From assembly GCA_046735215.1 (NCBI GenBank), contig JBKPSV010000031.1:1-48088 (forward strand): DNA of 48,088 bases, read 5' to 3'. The notes beneath the pieces are model-generated. The model was given only the letters and a program-made list of their open reading frames with translations, did no database searches and was not told the origin of the DNA. The DNA comes from Pseudomonadota bacterium. Its GTDB lineage: Bacteria > Pseudomonadota > Alphaproteobacteria > Acetobacterales > Acetobacteraceae. Shown here piece after piece: positions 25,736 through 34,958 of the stretch (position 1 is its first letter; each line of letters opens with the position of its first letter). Made by a program: the position numbers and the translations under genes.

Positions 25736-26668
25736 TCAGCGCAGGCTCAACTCCCAGTCCTCGCCTATTATGGGTGGGCCATAGTCGCTGTGTGGATGGC
25801 TGGCCACGAGCCGAAATCCAGCCTGCTGATAGATGGTCCGCGCTGCGACCAGCACGTCGTTCGTCCACAGCGTCATGGTGCGATACCCTGTGCTCCGCGC
25901 GAACGTGATGCACTCCGCCACCAAACGTCGACCAATCCCGGCGCCGCGTGCCGAAGGCTCCACGATCAGCAGGCGGAGCTTTGCTTCTGCGGCGGATTGT
26001 CGGACCAGGAACACCGATCCCACATTCATCCCGTCGCACTCGGCAATCCAGCAACGTTCGGACGTTGGATCGTGGCTAGCCAGAAAGTCCCCGGCCACAC
26101 GCGCCACCAGCGCCTCGAAGCGGCTGTCGAACCCGTATTCCTCCGAATAGATCGCGCCGTGGCGCGATATCACCCAGCCGATATCGCCCGGCCGGTGCCG
26201 GCGCAGCAACCAGGGCCTGGACCGTGTCGTGGAGGCCAGCAACGTCTCAATCCTTGCCATAGAGGCGACAAGGGCCGCCTGAGACAACTCGGGCAGAGCC
26301 GTCAAAAGTGTCGCAACCTCCTCGCGGGCCCGCTGGTCCAACGGGGCGAAGGCGGCGCGGCCGGCCGCCGTCAGCGACAACTGGCTCCGCCGCCGATCGG
26401 CTAAAGATGGCGACCGAGCCAGCAGGCCGTTGTGTTCCAACCGTTGCAGAATCCGGCTGAGATAACCCCCATCGAGGTCGAGGTCCCGACACAACTCGGT
26501 CGCGGTGGCTTCAGCACGCTGGTCCAACTCATACAGCACGCGCGCCTCGGCCAGAGAAAAGCTGCTGTGCAGCAAGCCTTCCTGCAACGCTCCAATGGTC
26601 CGCGTGTAGAAGCGGTTGAAGCGTCGGATGGCAGCAATGCGGCTGTCGAGGGGAGCATGAGCATCCAT
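25736..26668 (-). CDS. Bifunctional MarR-type HTH regulator / GNAT N-acetyltransferase
   Basis: The ORF track gives 25736..26704 (TTG); the likely start is the ATG at 26668 (MDAHAPLD...). The N-terminal MarR winged helix is FSLAEARVLYELDQRAEATATELCRDLDLDGGYLSRILQRLEHNGLL. The C-terminal GNAT contains LRLLIVEPSARGAGIGRRLV and a typical GNAT C-terminal end, YQQAGFRLV. Confidence 0.85.
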   Translation of the reverse strand: MDAHAPLDSRIAAIRRFNRFYTRTIGALQEGLLHSSFSLAEARVLYELDQRAEATATELCRDLDLDGGYLSRILQRLEHNGLLARSPSLADRRRSQLSLTAAGRAAFAPLDQRAREEVATLLTALPELSQAALVASMARIETLLASTTRSRPWLLRRHRPGDIGWVISRHGAIYSEEYGFDSRFEALVARVAGDFLASHDPTSERCWIAECDGMNVGSVFLVRQSAAEAKLRLLIVEPSARGAGIGRRLVAECITFARSTGYRTMTLWTNDVLVAARTIYQQAGFRLVASHPHSDYGPPIIGEDWELSLR

Positions 26669-26686
26669 GACATTAGCATAGATTAA

Positions 26687-26701
26687 CTTGACTACGTCAA
26701 G
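26687..26701. promoter_or_regulatory. Perfect palindrome CTTGAC-TAC-GTCAAG; candidate MarR-type operator
   Basis: It was read directly from the sequence. It lies 19-33 nt upstream of the MarR-GNAT ATG (26668), in the divergent spacer shared with the W-repeat gene. Confidence 0.45.
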
Positions 26702-26849
26702 CAACTACCACTTTCAGTGCGATGTGGAGGCGTGGCGGTGATCTGTGGTCCCAAATCGCGCCGATCCCCCAATTTTCTTGGGCAATCGAAACCAACCTGA
26801 GGCCGGAGAGTTATTAGCCGCCACACAGCATCTCACGGAGGTCGCCCCA

Positions 26850-27212
26850 ATGTTGGTCCGAACCATTCGCTTGGCTCTACCGACGCTCCTGCTGCTCGCC
26901 GGTGCTTCATCAGCCATGGCGCAGTCGGTACAGGTCGTCACGCCGACTGTCGTCCCCGCTTAGTCGACAGTGCTGATCGCGCCTTCGGCGCCACCACCGC
27001 CGCTGGTCGAGACGATGCCGGCACCGGGGCCCGAGCAAGGGCGGGTTGTTTACTGGCAGGCCGGTCATTGGATCTGGGATGGCGCGAGTTGGAATTGGCA
27101 GCAAGGCCAGTATGTCGAACGGCCATCACCGCAGGCCGTGTGGGAGCCAGGCCGGTGGGTCCAACAGCCATCGGGCGGTTACGTGTGGGTTGACGGGCAC
27201 TGGGCAGGCTGA
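26850..27212 (+). pseudogene. Secreted W-x-x-G-x-W (YXWGXW-type) repeat protein interrupted by an in-frame TAG at 26961-26963
   Basis: SD GGAG (26837-26840) is followed by ATG 26850. This ORF encodes MLVRTIRLALPTLLLLAGASSAMA|QSVQVVTPTVVPA and then TAG. The same frame continues STVLIAPSAPPPPLVETMPAPGPEQGRVVYWQAGHWIWDGASWNWQQGQYVERPSPQAVWEPGRWVQQPSGGYVWVDGHWAG. The signal peptide and the repeat domain are therefore in one frame, separated only by the amber codon. Confidence 0.6.
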
Positions 27213-27365
27213 CAGCTATAGGGCGCGACAGCATGCGCGGCCGGGCGCAAATTCAGCAATCGAGCGGCGGTTGGATCTGACAAGAGGGCATTAGGCCTGA
27301 GTTGACGAACGGAGGAGTTTCGCGGCCATACTCATTGGTAGCTCCAGCGAGAAACGGACGCAGAC

Positions 27366-28625
27366 ATGAAGCTCCTCTGGTTCCATCTGATGCCCTACAC
27401 CGAGCTTCCGGACGATTTCCGGCAGACCAATCCATCAGTGTGGGTCGACATCCATTCAACGCTGTTCGACCCGAAGCGCGCGCACCTGATGTACAACGAC
27501 TTCATGGACGAGATGGAGTTCGCAGCGGACTGCGGCTTCGATGCGGTCTGCTGTAATGAACACCATTCGAATGGCTATGGCCTGATGCCGTCGCCCAACC
27601 TGATCGCCTCTGCCGTGTCACGACGAACGCGCGACACAGCAATCTGCGTGATGGGTAATTCGCTCGCCCTCTACAATCCGCCGACGCGCGTCGCGGAAGA
27701 GTTCGCGATGATCGACTGCATTTCCGGTGGTCGACTGATTGCCGGGTTCCCGGTCGGCACGCCAATGGACACGTGCTACGCCTATGGCCAGAACCCGAGC
27801 CTGCTGCGGGAGCGCTATTACGAGGCGCATGATCTGGTGATGCGTGCGTGGCAGGAGCGCGACACCTTCGCGTTCAACGGTCGCTTCAATCAGCAGCGGT
27901 ACGTAAATATCTGGCCCCGTCCGGTGCAGCGTCCGCATCCGCCGGTATGGATTCCCGGCGGTGGGTCGATCGAGACATGGCAGTGGTGTGCAAGGATGGA
28001 CTACGTCTACGCGTATCTTTCCTACTTCGGCTACAAGGATGGAAAGGCGACGATGGACGGATTCTGGGGCGAGATGGCTCGCCTGGGCAAGGATCGGAAT
28101 CCATATCGGGCCGGCTTCCTGCAATTCGTCGGCGTAGCCGAATCACGCGAGAAGGCGTGGGAGCTGTACCGCGAACCGGCGGAATATTTCTACGGCCGCT
28201 GTCTGCACGTCGATCCGATGTGGGCCACGCCGCCGGGCTACATCACCGAGGCGACACAACGCGCCGGTGTCGAGAGCCAGATCGGTCGCGCCGCATCCTC
28301 CAGTGCGCGCTCTCGGCAGCGGGCGACGGAGATGCAGGACATCGTTGACATGGGCTACGTCATCATCGGCTCGCCGGACGAGGTGGCCGAGCAACTGACC
28401 GAGGTCGCAACGTCGCTGAACGTCGGTCATCTGATGTTGCTGCTCCAGTACGGCAACATGAACAAGGAGCTGACCAAGTACAACACGAAGCTGTTCGCCG
28501 AGGCTGTGATGCCGAAGCTGAAGCCCATGTTCGCGGAGTGGGAAGATCGCTGGTGGCCGCAGCCGATGGAGTCAGGTCAGCGGGCAGATGTCCCGGCATT
28601 CGTTCCTGGACTGGCCGCGGAGTAA
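27366..28625 (+). CDS. LLM-class (luciferase-like) flavin-dependent oxidoreductase
   Basis: 419-aa ORF. MKLLWFHLMPY...EFAADCGFDAVCCNEHHSNGYGLMPSPNLIASAV...EEFAMIDCISGGRLIAGFPVG is typical of the bacterial luciferase-like monooxygenase fold. Confidence 0.8.
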   Translation: MKLLWFHLMPYTELPDDFRQTNPSVWVDIHSTLFDPKRAHLMYNDFMDEMEFAADCGFDAVCCNEHHSNGYGLMPSPNLIASAVSRRTRDTAICVMGNSLALYNPPTRVAEEFAMIDCISGGRLIAGFPVGTPMDTCYAYGQNPSLLRERYYEAHDLVMRAWQERDTFAFNGRFNQQRYVNIWPRPVQRPHPPVWIPGGGSIETWQWCARMDYVYAYLSYFGYKDGKATMDGFWGEMARLGKDRNPYRAGFLQFVGVAESREKAWELYREPAEYFYGRCLHVDPMWATPPGYITEATQRAGVESQIGRAASSSARSRQRATEMQDIVDMGYVIIGSPDEVAEQLTEVATSLNVGHLMLLLQYGNMNKELTKYNTKLFAEAVMPKLKPMFAEWEDRWWPQPMESGQRADVPAFVPGLAAE

Positions 28626-28751
28626 GCGGGCTCCGGAAGCCCCAAAAAGTGCGGGTAACGAGTCGCCAGCGAAGCGCGCTCCGTCAAAGGGGCGCGCCTC
28701 GGTTTCCCGCGGTGCAGCTCGGTGTCCCAAGCAGCCTGAGAGGTAAGGACG

Positions 28752-29198
28752 ATGTCTGCGAAGAGTGATTCAAAGCGCCGCACGATATCTCGGCCGTCGG
28801 GCGGCTCCATCACTATCCTAGTCTCTGCCTCGGATAGCGGGGGATCGATGAGCATGATCGAAACGCTCTCACCCCCCGGATCAGGACCGACCTATCATAG
28901 CCATAGCCGCGAAGACGAAACCTTCTATGTCGTTTCCGGAACAGCAGAAATTCGCCTCGAAGACGAAGGTTTCATCTGCAAACCAGGAGACCACATCTTT
29001 GGCCCTCGCGACGTGTTTCACACCTATCGCAACGTGGGACAGGACTTGCTGAAGCTTGTGATAGTTTATTCTCCGGGCGGGTTCGAACAAAGCTTTCTGG
29101 ACGCTGAAGAGATGCTTCTGGCTGGGAAAAGTCAGGATGACGTAGGGCGCATGTTGTCTGATCGATACGGTCTGACCCGCAGACCCTTACCAAACTGA
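28752..29198 (+). CDS. Cupin-domain protein
   Basis: 148-aa ORF. Cupin motif 1 is GPTYHSHSREDETFYVVSG and motif 2 is GDHIFGPRDVFHTYRN. SD AAGGA lies upstream. Confidence 0.75.
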   Translation: MSAKSDSKRRTISRPSGGSITILVSASDSGGSMSMIETLSPPGSGPTYHSHSREDETFYVVSGTAEIRLEDEGFICKPGDHIFGPRDVFHTYRNVGQDLLKLVIVYSPGGFEQSFLDAEEMLLAGKSQDDVGRMLSDRYGLTRRPLPN

Positions 29199-29218
29199 CG
29201 CCCGACCTGAGCGTTGGC

Positions 29219-30397
29219 CTAGGTGCCTTGAACCGTCGCCCGTGTATGGCGGGCGATGACCAGCTCCTCATCGGTGGCGATAGCGTAAGCGGCGAGCGCC
29301 GAGTCGGGTCGCGTCAACAATGGCCCGCCGGATTGGTTAGCGGCTTCATCGATCGAAAACCCCAGCCATCGCAGACGATGCAACACCCGCGACCGGATTT
29401 CTGGACTGCGCTCGCCGATGCCGGCGGTGAACACCAATCCATCGATGCCTCCCAATGCGGCAGCGAGGGCACCGGCCGTGCGCGCGACGTGATAGACAAA
29501 ATAGTCCACAGCCAACTTCGCGAGTGGAGCGCTGCTCGCCAACAGCGTACGCATGTCGTTTGACACGCCCGACAGCCCTTTGAGACCACAATCAGCATAC
29601 AGGAACCGTTCGACGCGGCCGACATCCCAGCCCTTTTGCTGTTGCAGCCACAGAATCACGCCAGCGTCGAGCGACCCCGACCGCGTGCCCATCGGCAGAC
29701 CATCCAGCGCTGTGAACCCCATCGATGAATCAATGCTGCGCCCGCCAGCGAGCGCGCACATCGATGCGCCCGACCCGAGATGCGCAACCACGACACGCCC
29801 GAGCGCAATGTCCGGTACCCTCTCGGCGAGAGCGCCCGCAATGTATTCATACGACAATCCGTGAAATCCGTAGCGACGGACCCCTTCGCGATAAAGCGCG
29901 TCGGGGATTGCGAAACGATCCGCGACCGGGGGGTGGCCGCGATGAAAGCCGGTGTCAAAGCACGCCACGTGCGGCAAGCCCGGGAACAGGTCTGACAGCG
30001 CTTTCAGCACCGCGACTGCCGGAGGATTGTGCAGCGGCGCCAGCGGCTCCAACGCCTCGATCTTGGACAGAGCGGCGGCATCGACCAGCACTGGCGCGGC
30101 CATGTCGGGGCCGCCGTGAACGACGCGATGGCCGAACCCGATCAGTCCGCCTTTATCCAAAGGACCATCCGGCAATTCGGCGAGCAGCGCCAGCGCGGCG
30201 GCGTGATCTTTCGTGGTCACCGTCCGGTCGTGCAACACCTTACCATCGGATGCAGCGATCTGCATTCGGCCTTCGCTGCCGATACGTTCGATCTCGCCGC
30301 TCTGAAGTCGCGGCAGCGCATCGCCGCCGGCGCCGAACACGGCGAATTTCAAGCTGGAGGAACCGGCGTTCAGTACGCACAGGCGACGATCCTGCAT
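29219..30397 (-). CDS. ackA: Acetate kinase (acetate/propionate kinase family)
   Basis: 392-aa ORF. The N-terminal motif is VLNAGSSSLKF. Further family motifs are GHRVVHGG, FDTGFH, RYGFHGLSY and AHLGSGAS. Confidence 0.9.
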   Translation of the reverse strand: MQDRRLCVLNAGSSSLKFAVFGAGGDALPRLQSGEIERIGSEGRMQIAASDGKVLHDRTVTTKDHAAALALLAELPDGPLDKGGLIGFGHRVVHGGPDMAAPVLVDAAALSKIEALEPLAPLHNPPAVAVLKALSDLFPGLPHVACFDTGFHRGHPPVADRFAIPDALYREGVRRYGFHGLSYEYIAGALAERVPDIALGRVVVAHLGSGASMCALAGGRSIDSSMGFTALDGLPMGTRSGSLDAGVILWLQQQKGWDVGRVERFLYADCGLKGLSGVSNDMRTLLASSAPLAKLAVDYFVYHVARTAGALAAALGGIDGLVFTAGIGERSPEIRSRVLHRLRWLGFSIDEAANQSGGPLLTRPDSALAAYAIATDEELVIARHTRATVQGT

Positions 30398-30470
30398 CCC
30401 TCTTGGCCTTTCATGTCCGGAGCGTGCATGGTGCCTATCCCGTCACAGACGAGCCCCGGAGACCGCGTCC

Positions 30471-32795
30471 ATGACCAAATTCGGCCTCGCCCAGTCAATC
30501 GCCCGCGTGGAGGATCTACGCCTGTTGAAGGGTGTCGGCCGCTACACCGATGATATCGTGCTGCCGGGGATGCTGCACGGAATTGTACTGCGCAGTCCGC
30601 ATGCCGCGGCCAGCATCGATACCATAGATACCGCAGCGGCGGGATCAGTGCCCGGGGTGAGGGCGATCTATACCGCTGCGGACTTGCAAGCCGACGGTCT
30701 CGGCCCCTTGCCCTGCGCTGCACCGGTGCAGAACCGCGATGGATCAGACATGGCGAACCCGCCGCACCTGGCTCTCGCCGATGGCGCGGTTCGCCACGTC
30801 GGTGATCCGGTTGCGTTCATCGTTGCCGATACAGCGGCAGCAGCCCGCGACGCCGCTGAATTGATCAGCGTCGACTACACTGTGCAGCCCGCGACCGTTG
30901 ATCTTGCAAAGGCGACCGAGCCTGGTGCGCCGCTGGTTTGGCCTGAGGCGCGCAACAACATCGTGTTCGACTGGGGCCTCGGGGATCAGGCGGCGACCGA
31001 CGCGTTGTTCGCCTCGGCGGCGCATGTGACCCGACTGACCGTCATCAACAACCGGGTCGTGGTCGCATCCATGGAGGCGCGTGCGTCGATTGCCGAGTTC
31101 GATCAGGCAACCGGCCGCTGGACGCTGTATGCCAACACCCAGGGTGGGTGGCTGATCAAAAATCTGATCGCGGCCGTATTCGCCACCGAGCCAGAGAAGT
31201 TCCGTGTCATCACGCCGGATGTCGGTGGCGGCTTCGGGATGAAGGCGTTTCTGTATCCCGAGCACGCGCTGACCTGTTATGCGGCGCGCAAACTTGGACA
31301 TCCGGTGAAATGGGCCTCGGATCGCGGCGAGGCGTTCGTGGCCGACACGCAGGGCCGCGACAACATCACGACCGGTGAACTGGCCATCGATAAGGACGGG
31401 AAGTTCCTCGCGCTGCGCACGCGTAACCTTGCCAACATGGGCGCCTATCTATCCACGTTCGCGCCATACATCCCGACCTTGGCCGGTGGCGCGGTTCTGG
31501 CCGGCGTGTATGGCTTCCAGCAGATTTTCGCCAATGTCATCGGCGTATTCACGCATACGGTCCCGGTGGACGCCTATCGCGGCGCGGGCCGGCCGGAGAG
31601 CAACTACCTGCTGGAACGGCTTGTCGACGCAGCGGCACGAGAACTGAACATCGATCCGGCCGAGCTGCGCCGCCGCAACATGGTGCCATCATCGGCGATG
31701 CCGCACGCGACGCCGGTCGGCAAGACTTACGACAGCGGCGATTTCGCGACCGTGCTGGATGCGGCGCTCAAGCAGATGGACTACGCCAACTTCCCGGCGC
31801 GGCGCTCCGAAGCGGCGCGGCGCGGCAAGCGGCGGGGAATCGGGCTTGCGTACTATCTGGAAGTAACCATGGGCGATCCGACGGAGCGCGCAGAAATTCG
31901 TTTTGCTGAAGACGGCAATGTTGATCTCTATGTCGGCACGCAATCGACCGGGCAGGGACACGAGACGGGATACATCCAGCTTGCCTCGCAGCGGTTGGGG
32001 ATCGACGGCGAGAAAATCCGCGTGCGTCAGGGTGATACCGATACCATCCCTGTCGGTGGCGGTACCGGCGGCTCGCGCAGCCTGTATTCCGAAGGCCAGG
32101 CGATTTTGATGACGGCCGACACAGTGATCGACAAGGGCAAGCAGGCGGCCGCCGAAGCGTTGGAGGCAGCGGCGGCCGATATCGCGTTCGACGATGGGCG
32201 CTTTACCATCGTCGGCACCGACCGTGCGATCGACATCATCGAGCTCGCCGCTATGCAGCGGCGAAAGGCGGCTGCGGGCGAGCAGGCCACCACACTCGAT
32301 GCCGCCGAAATCGCGACCGTTGCCGAGCATACGTTTCCTAACGGCTGTCACATGGCCGAGGTGGAAATCGATCCTGACACCGGCGTCGTGGAGATCGCGC
32401 GGTATCGGGTGTGCGACGACTTCGGCAAGACCGTCAACCCGATGATCGTGCGCGGCCAGGTGCATGGCGGAGTCGCCCAGGGACTCGGGCAGGCATTGGT
32501 CGAACGGACCGACTATGATCTGGAAACCGGACAGCTCTTGTCGGGCAGTTTCATGGATTACGCGCTGCCACGTGCCAACGATCTGCCGGACATCGAGGTC
32601 GATCTGCTGGAGGTGCCCAGCGTTTCCAACCCGCTCGGGGTGAAGGGCGCCGGTGAGGCCGGTTCGGTCGGCAGCCCACCAGCGCTAATCAATGCCATCA
32701 TCGACGCATTGTCAGGCGATGGCGTCACGCATATCGACATGCCGGCCACACCGGAGAACGTGTGGCGGGCCATGTCGATGGGACGCGCCGCTTAG
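30471..32795 (+). CDS. Molybdopterin-binding large subunit of the xanthine dehydrogenase/aldehyde oxidase family (form II CoxL-like)
   Basis: 774-aa ORF. The N-terminal motif is [17 protein letters not shown]. The active-site loop is [11 protein letters not shown], i.e. the AYRGAGR type seen in form II CoxL-like proteins rather than AYRCSFR. The C-terminal region has GGFGMK and [16 protein letters not shown]. No small (2Fe-2S) or medium (FAD) subunit gene is adjacent. Confidence 0.85.
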   Translation: MTKFGLAQSIARVEDLRLLKGVGRYTDDIVLPGMLHGIVLRSPHAAASIDTIDTAAAGSVPGVRAIYTAADLQADGLGPLPCAAPVQNRDGSDMANPPHLALADGAVRHVGDPVAFIVADTAAAARDAAELISVDYTVQPATVDLAKATEPGAPLVWPEARNNIVFDWGLGDQAATDALFASAAHVTRLTVINNRVVVASMEARASIAEFDQATGRWTLYANTQGGWLIKNLIAAVFATEPEKFRVITPDVGGGFGMKAFLYPEHALTCYAARKLGHPVKWASDRGEAFVADTQGRDNITTGELAIDKDGKFLALRTRNLANMGAYLSTFAPYIPTLAGGAVLAGVYGFQQIFANVIGVFTHTVPVDAYRGAGRPESNYLLERLVDAAARELNIDPAELRRRNMVPSSAMPHATPVGKTYDSGDFATVLDAALKQMDYANFPARRSEAARRGKRRGIGLAYYLEVTMGDPTERAEIRFAEDGNVDLYVGTQSTGQGHETGYIQLASQRLGIDGEKIRVRQGDTDTIPVGGGTGGSRSLYSEGQAILMTADTVIDKGKQAAAEALEAAAADIAFDDGRFTIVGTDRAIDIIELAAMQRRKAAAGEQATTLDAAEIATVAEHTFPNGCHMAEVEIDPDTGVVEIARYRVCDDFGKTVNPMIVRGQVHGGVAQGLGQALVERTDYDLETGQLLSGSFMDYALPRANDLPDIEVDLLEVPSVSNPLGVKGAGEAGSVGSPPALINAIIDALSGDGVTHIDMPATPENVWRAMSMGRAA

Positions 32796-33042
32796 TCTGA
32801 ATCTTCGCCACCGTGTGGGCGCTTGGATGATGCTGGCCCAGCAACCTAAGGTGTACAGCAACCCAAGTTGTACAGGGCGCCCGATGCCCTCACGATCATT
32901 AGGATTGTCACCCGCAGCCTGTTCGCCCAAGCTGACGGGGCGCCGGGCCTGGATTGGGTAAAGATCTTGCGTGCCTTACTTCGCCGCATCCGCGACGATC
33001 TGCCTCTCCTTGACCCGGGGAGCTGTCTTGGGGAGGCGATCG

Positions 33043-33198
33043 ATGATGAAGTTGGAACTGCGGCGTGGACCAGATCAACCCACTTTAGAAGCCCTTCCGG
33101 CGAAGCCATCTTTACGCCGTGAGTTGTTCTGGATGATGGTGTCCGTGCTGATCGGTTTGCTGATCTTTTGCTACTTCGTGGTCCTGCCGAGCGAATAG
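33043..33198 (+). CDS. Candidate small (51-aa) C-terminally anchored membrane protein
   Basis: A strong SD GGGAGG (33031-33036) lies 6 nt before ATG 33043. The product is MMKLELRRGPDQPTLEALPAKPSLRRELFWMMVSVLIGLLIFCYFVVLPSE, a charged N-half followed by one hydrophobic helix. I recognise no family. Confidence 0.35.
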   Translation: MMKLELRRGPDQPTLEALPAKPSLRRELFWMMVSVLIGLLIFCYFVVLPSE

Positions 33199-33348
33199 AC
33201 TGGCAGTCAGAGCTTCTCACATTGGCTTTAGCCTTGCCGCACACTCCGCGGTTGAAGAACCGCCTGATCGGGAACGCTCCACATAATCGGAAGCCCGGCT
33301 AAGCGCTCCTTAAAATTGGAGAAGAGCATTTTCACCCACCAGGGCAAG

Positions 33349-33945
33349 CTAACGCACGGCACGAGCCACATCGGCTTCGGTCCGGCGCAACACTTCGACG
33401 ATCGCGGCACGCATTGCCGCTGCGATCGCGGGCGCGTCGTTGGCTGACAGCTTCACATCGGCGCTCTCGGTGCGCTGGAGCAGCACCTTCGTGGATCCGT
33501 GGCGCTGGTCCAGAAGCACCAACGCGAGCGCGACATGCACCAGGCCGGCGTTCGGGTCGGCGATGAAAGTCTCAAGCTCGCCTTCGAGCACGTAGTCGGC
33601 GTTCAGCCTGCTGCCAGGAGCCACCACTGCAGCAAATAATCCCGAGTCACTTAGCCACTGGCGCAGATCATTCTCCACTGCCTGTGCCGGCGGCACGGCC
33701 CATTGCTCGTAATAGTCGACATGAACACTGCCATCTCGCTGCAGCCATCGCAGGCCGCGATCCTCCAGTCCGGGTGCTGCCCGGACGCTGCGAACCAGTA
33801 GAACACGACCACGTGCCTTACGCGGCGAGACTGCTGGGCGTTCTACGTCGAGCGGCCAAGCCCTCTGTTGTACGTAGGGTGTCTGCGGCAGCAGCGAACA
33901 GCCGGCCAGGCTCACGCCACATGCGACCAACCAGCGTCGCTTCAT
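33349..33945 (-). CDS. ABC-type transport auxiliary lipoprotein (PqiC/DUF330-like)
   Basis: 198-aa ORF with lipobox VSLAGCS. Its size and its position right after the MlaD-family gene (4-nt overlap) match the PqiC-like auxiliary lipoprotein family. Confidence 0.65.
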   Translation of the reverse strand: MKRRWLVACGVSLAGCSLLPQTPYVQQRAWPLDVERPAVSPRKARGRVLLVRSVRAAPGLEDRGLRWLQRDGSVHVDYYEQWAVPPAQAVENDLRQWLSDSGLFAAVVAPGSRLNADYVLEGELETFIADPNAGLVHVALALVLLDQRHGSTKVLLQRTESADVKLSANDAPAIAAAMRAAIVEVLRRTEADVARAVR

Positions 33946-34958
33946 CGTGCCGGGACCATACTACGCGGCGGCGGTTGTCCGAACACCTGCGCGGGATAGC
34001 GCCGCAGCGCATCGCTCATCTCGCGCAGATTGCCGGCTGTCGCCTGCATGTCGCGCAGCAACGGAACCAGTCCCTGCTCCAGATCGGCGGTGCCATTCCC
34101 CGCGCGTTGCGCCGTTGCCTGCACCGATGCGATCAGTGCCGGCAGTTTTGCGGTGGCAGTTGCCAACCGGTCGGCTGCGAGGCTGGCATTGTCGATAAGC
34201 TTTTGCAGCCTGTCGCCCTGCAGCGTGCCACGCAAAGCGGCCGACGTCTGTCGTATTTCGCCACTCAGACCGGGCAGATCTGCAGTAATGACCGCGTCCC
34301 GCGTGGCGCGCAGCAGGTTCGTTGCCTCCTGCAGCGTCTGATGCACATCGCCGCGCCCCAAGGTCGCGCGCAAGTCTACCAGCAGAGCATCCAGATCGTT
34401 ACCAAGTTTATCGAAGTCCAGCCGATTCAGCCTGGCCAGCACCTGCTGTGCTGCGTCCTGCACCTGGGTGAACGTGCTTGGCATCGACGGGATGTATGTC
34501 GCGCGCGGCTGCCATGGCACCACCAGGGTCGGGTAACGCTCCGGATTAGCGAAGTCGAGTTCCAGATAGCTCAGCCCGGTGATCCCTTGCGATGCCAGGC
34601 GGACCCGCAAACCCGCGGACACCGCCTGTTGCACGTCGGGCATTTTGCCGGTCTTTGCGGTGTCGACCACATAACGAACGAACACAAGGCGATAGGTGCT
34701 GCTCGCGACGTCGAATGGCCGGTCGCTGCCGTATTCCGCACTGACGAGTCCGATATCGGCGACACGACCGATTGTCACCCCGCGATACTTGACCGCTGCC
34801 CCAACCTCCAAGCCCTGCACAGATTCGCTGAAATAGGATTCGAAGACCGAACCGCCGCCAATCTGGTTGCCGGTCAGGAACCAGATCATCGCGACAAGCA
34901 GTACGACGCCGCCAACGATCAGCAATCCAACACGGAGAAAGATGCCACGACCGAACAT
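33942..34958 (-). CDS. MlaD/MCE-family substrate-binding protein with a long helical C-terminal extension
   Basis: 338-aa ORF. An N-terminal TM (LLIVGGVVLLVAMIWF) is followed by the MCE domain FSESVQGLEVGAAVKYRGVTIGRVADIGLV. The C-terminal region of about 150 aa is Ala/Leu/Gln-rich and looks helical. Confidence 0.85.
   Translation of the reverse strand: MFGRGIFLRVGLLIVGGVVLLVAMIWFLTGNQIGGGSVFESYFSESVQGLEVGAAVKYRGVTIGRVADIGLVSAEYGSDRPFDVASSTYRLVFVRYVVDTAKTGKMPDVQQAVSAGLRVRLASQGITGLSYLELDFANPERYPTLVVPWQPRATYIPSMPSTFTQVQDAAQQVLARLNRLDFDKLGNDLDALLVDLRATLGRGDVHQTLQEATNLLRATRDAVITADLPGLSGEIRQTSAALRGTLQGDRLQKLIDNASLAADRLATATAKLPALIASVQATAQRAGNGTADLEQGLVPLLRDMQATAGNLREMSDALRRYPAQVFGQPPPRSMVPAR

Noticed and set aside
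26961-26963. The in-frame TAG as a pyrrolysine or other recoded codon.
   Set aside because: The window contains no pyl genes or any other recoding machinery, and pyrrolysine is not known in Alphaproteobacteria. A nonsense mutation or a base-call error is the simpler reading.
28626-28650. The hairpin GGGCT-CCGGA-AGCCC after the LLM oxidoreductase gene as a terminator.
   Set aside because: It is followed by an A-run rather than a T-run on the coding strand, and the stem is only 5 bp. It is not convincing as an intrinsic terminator.
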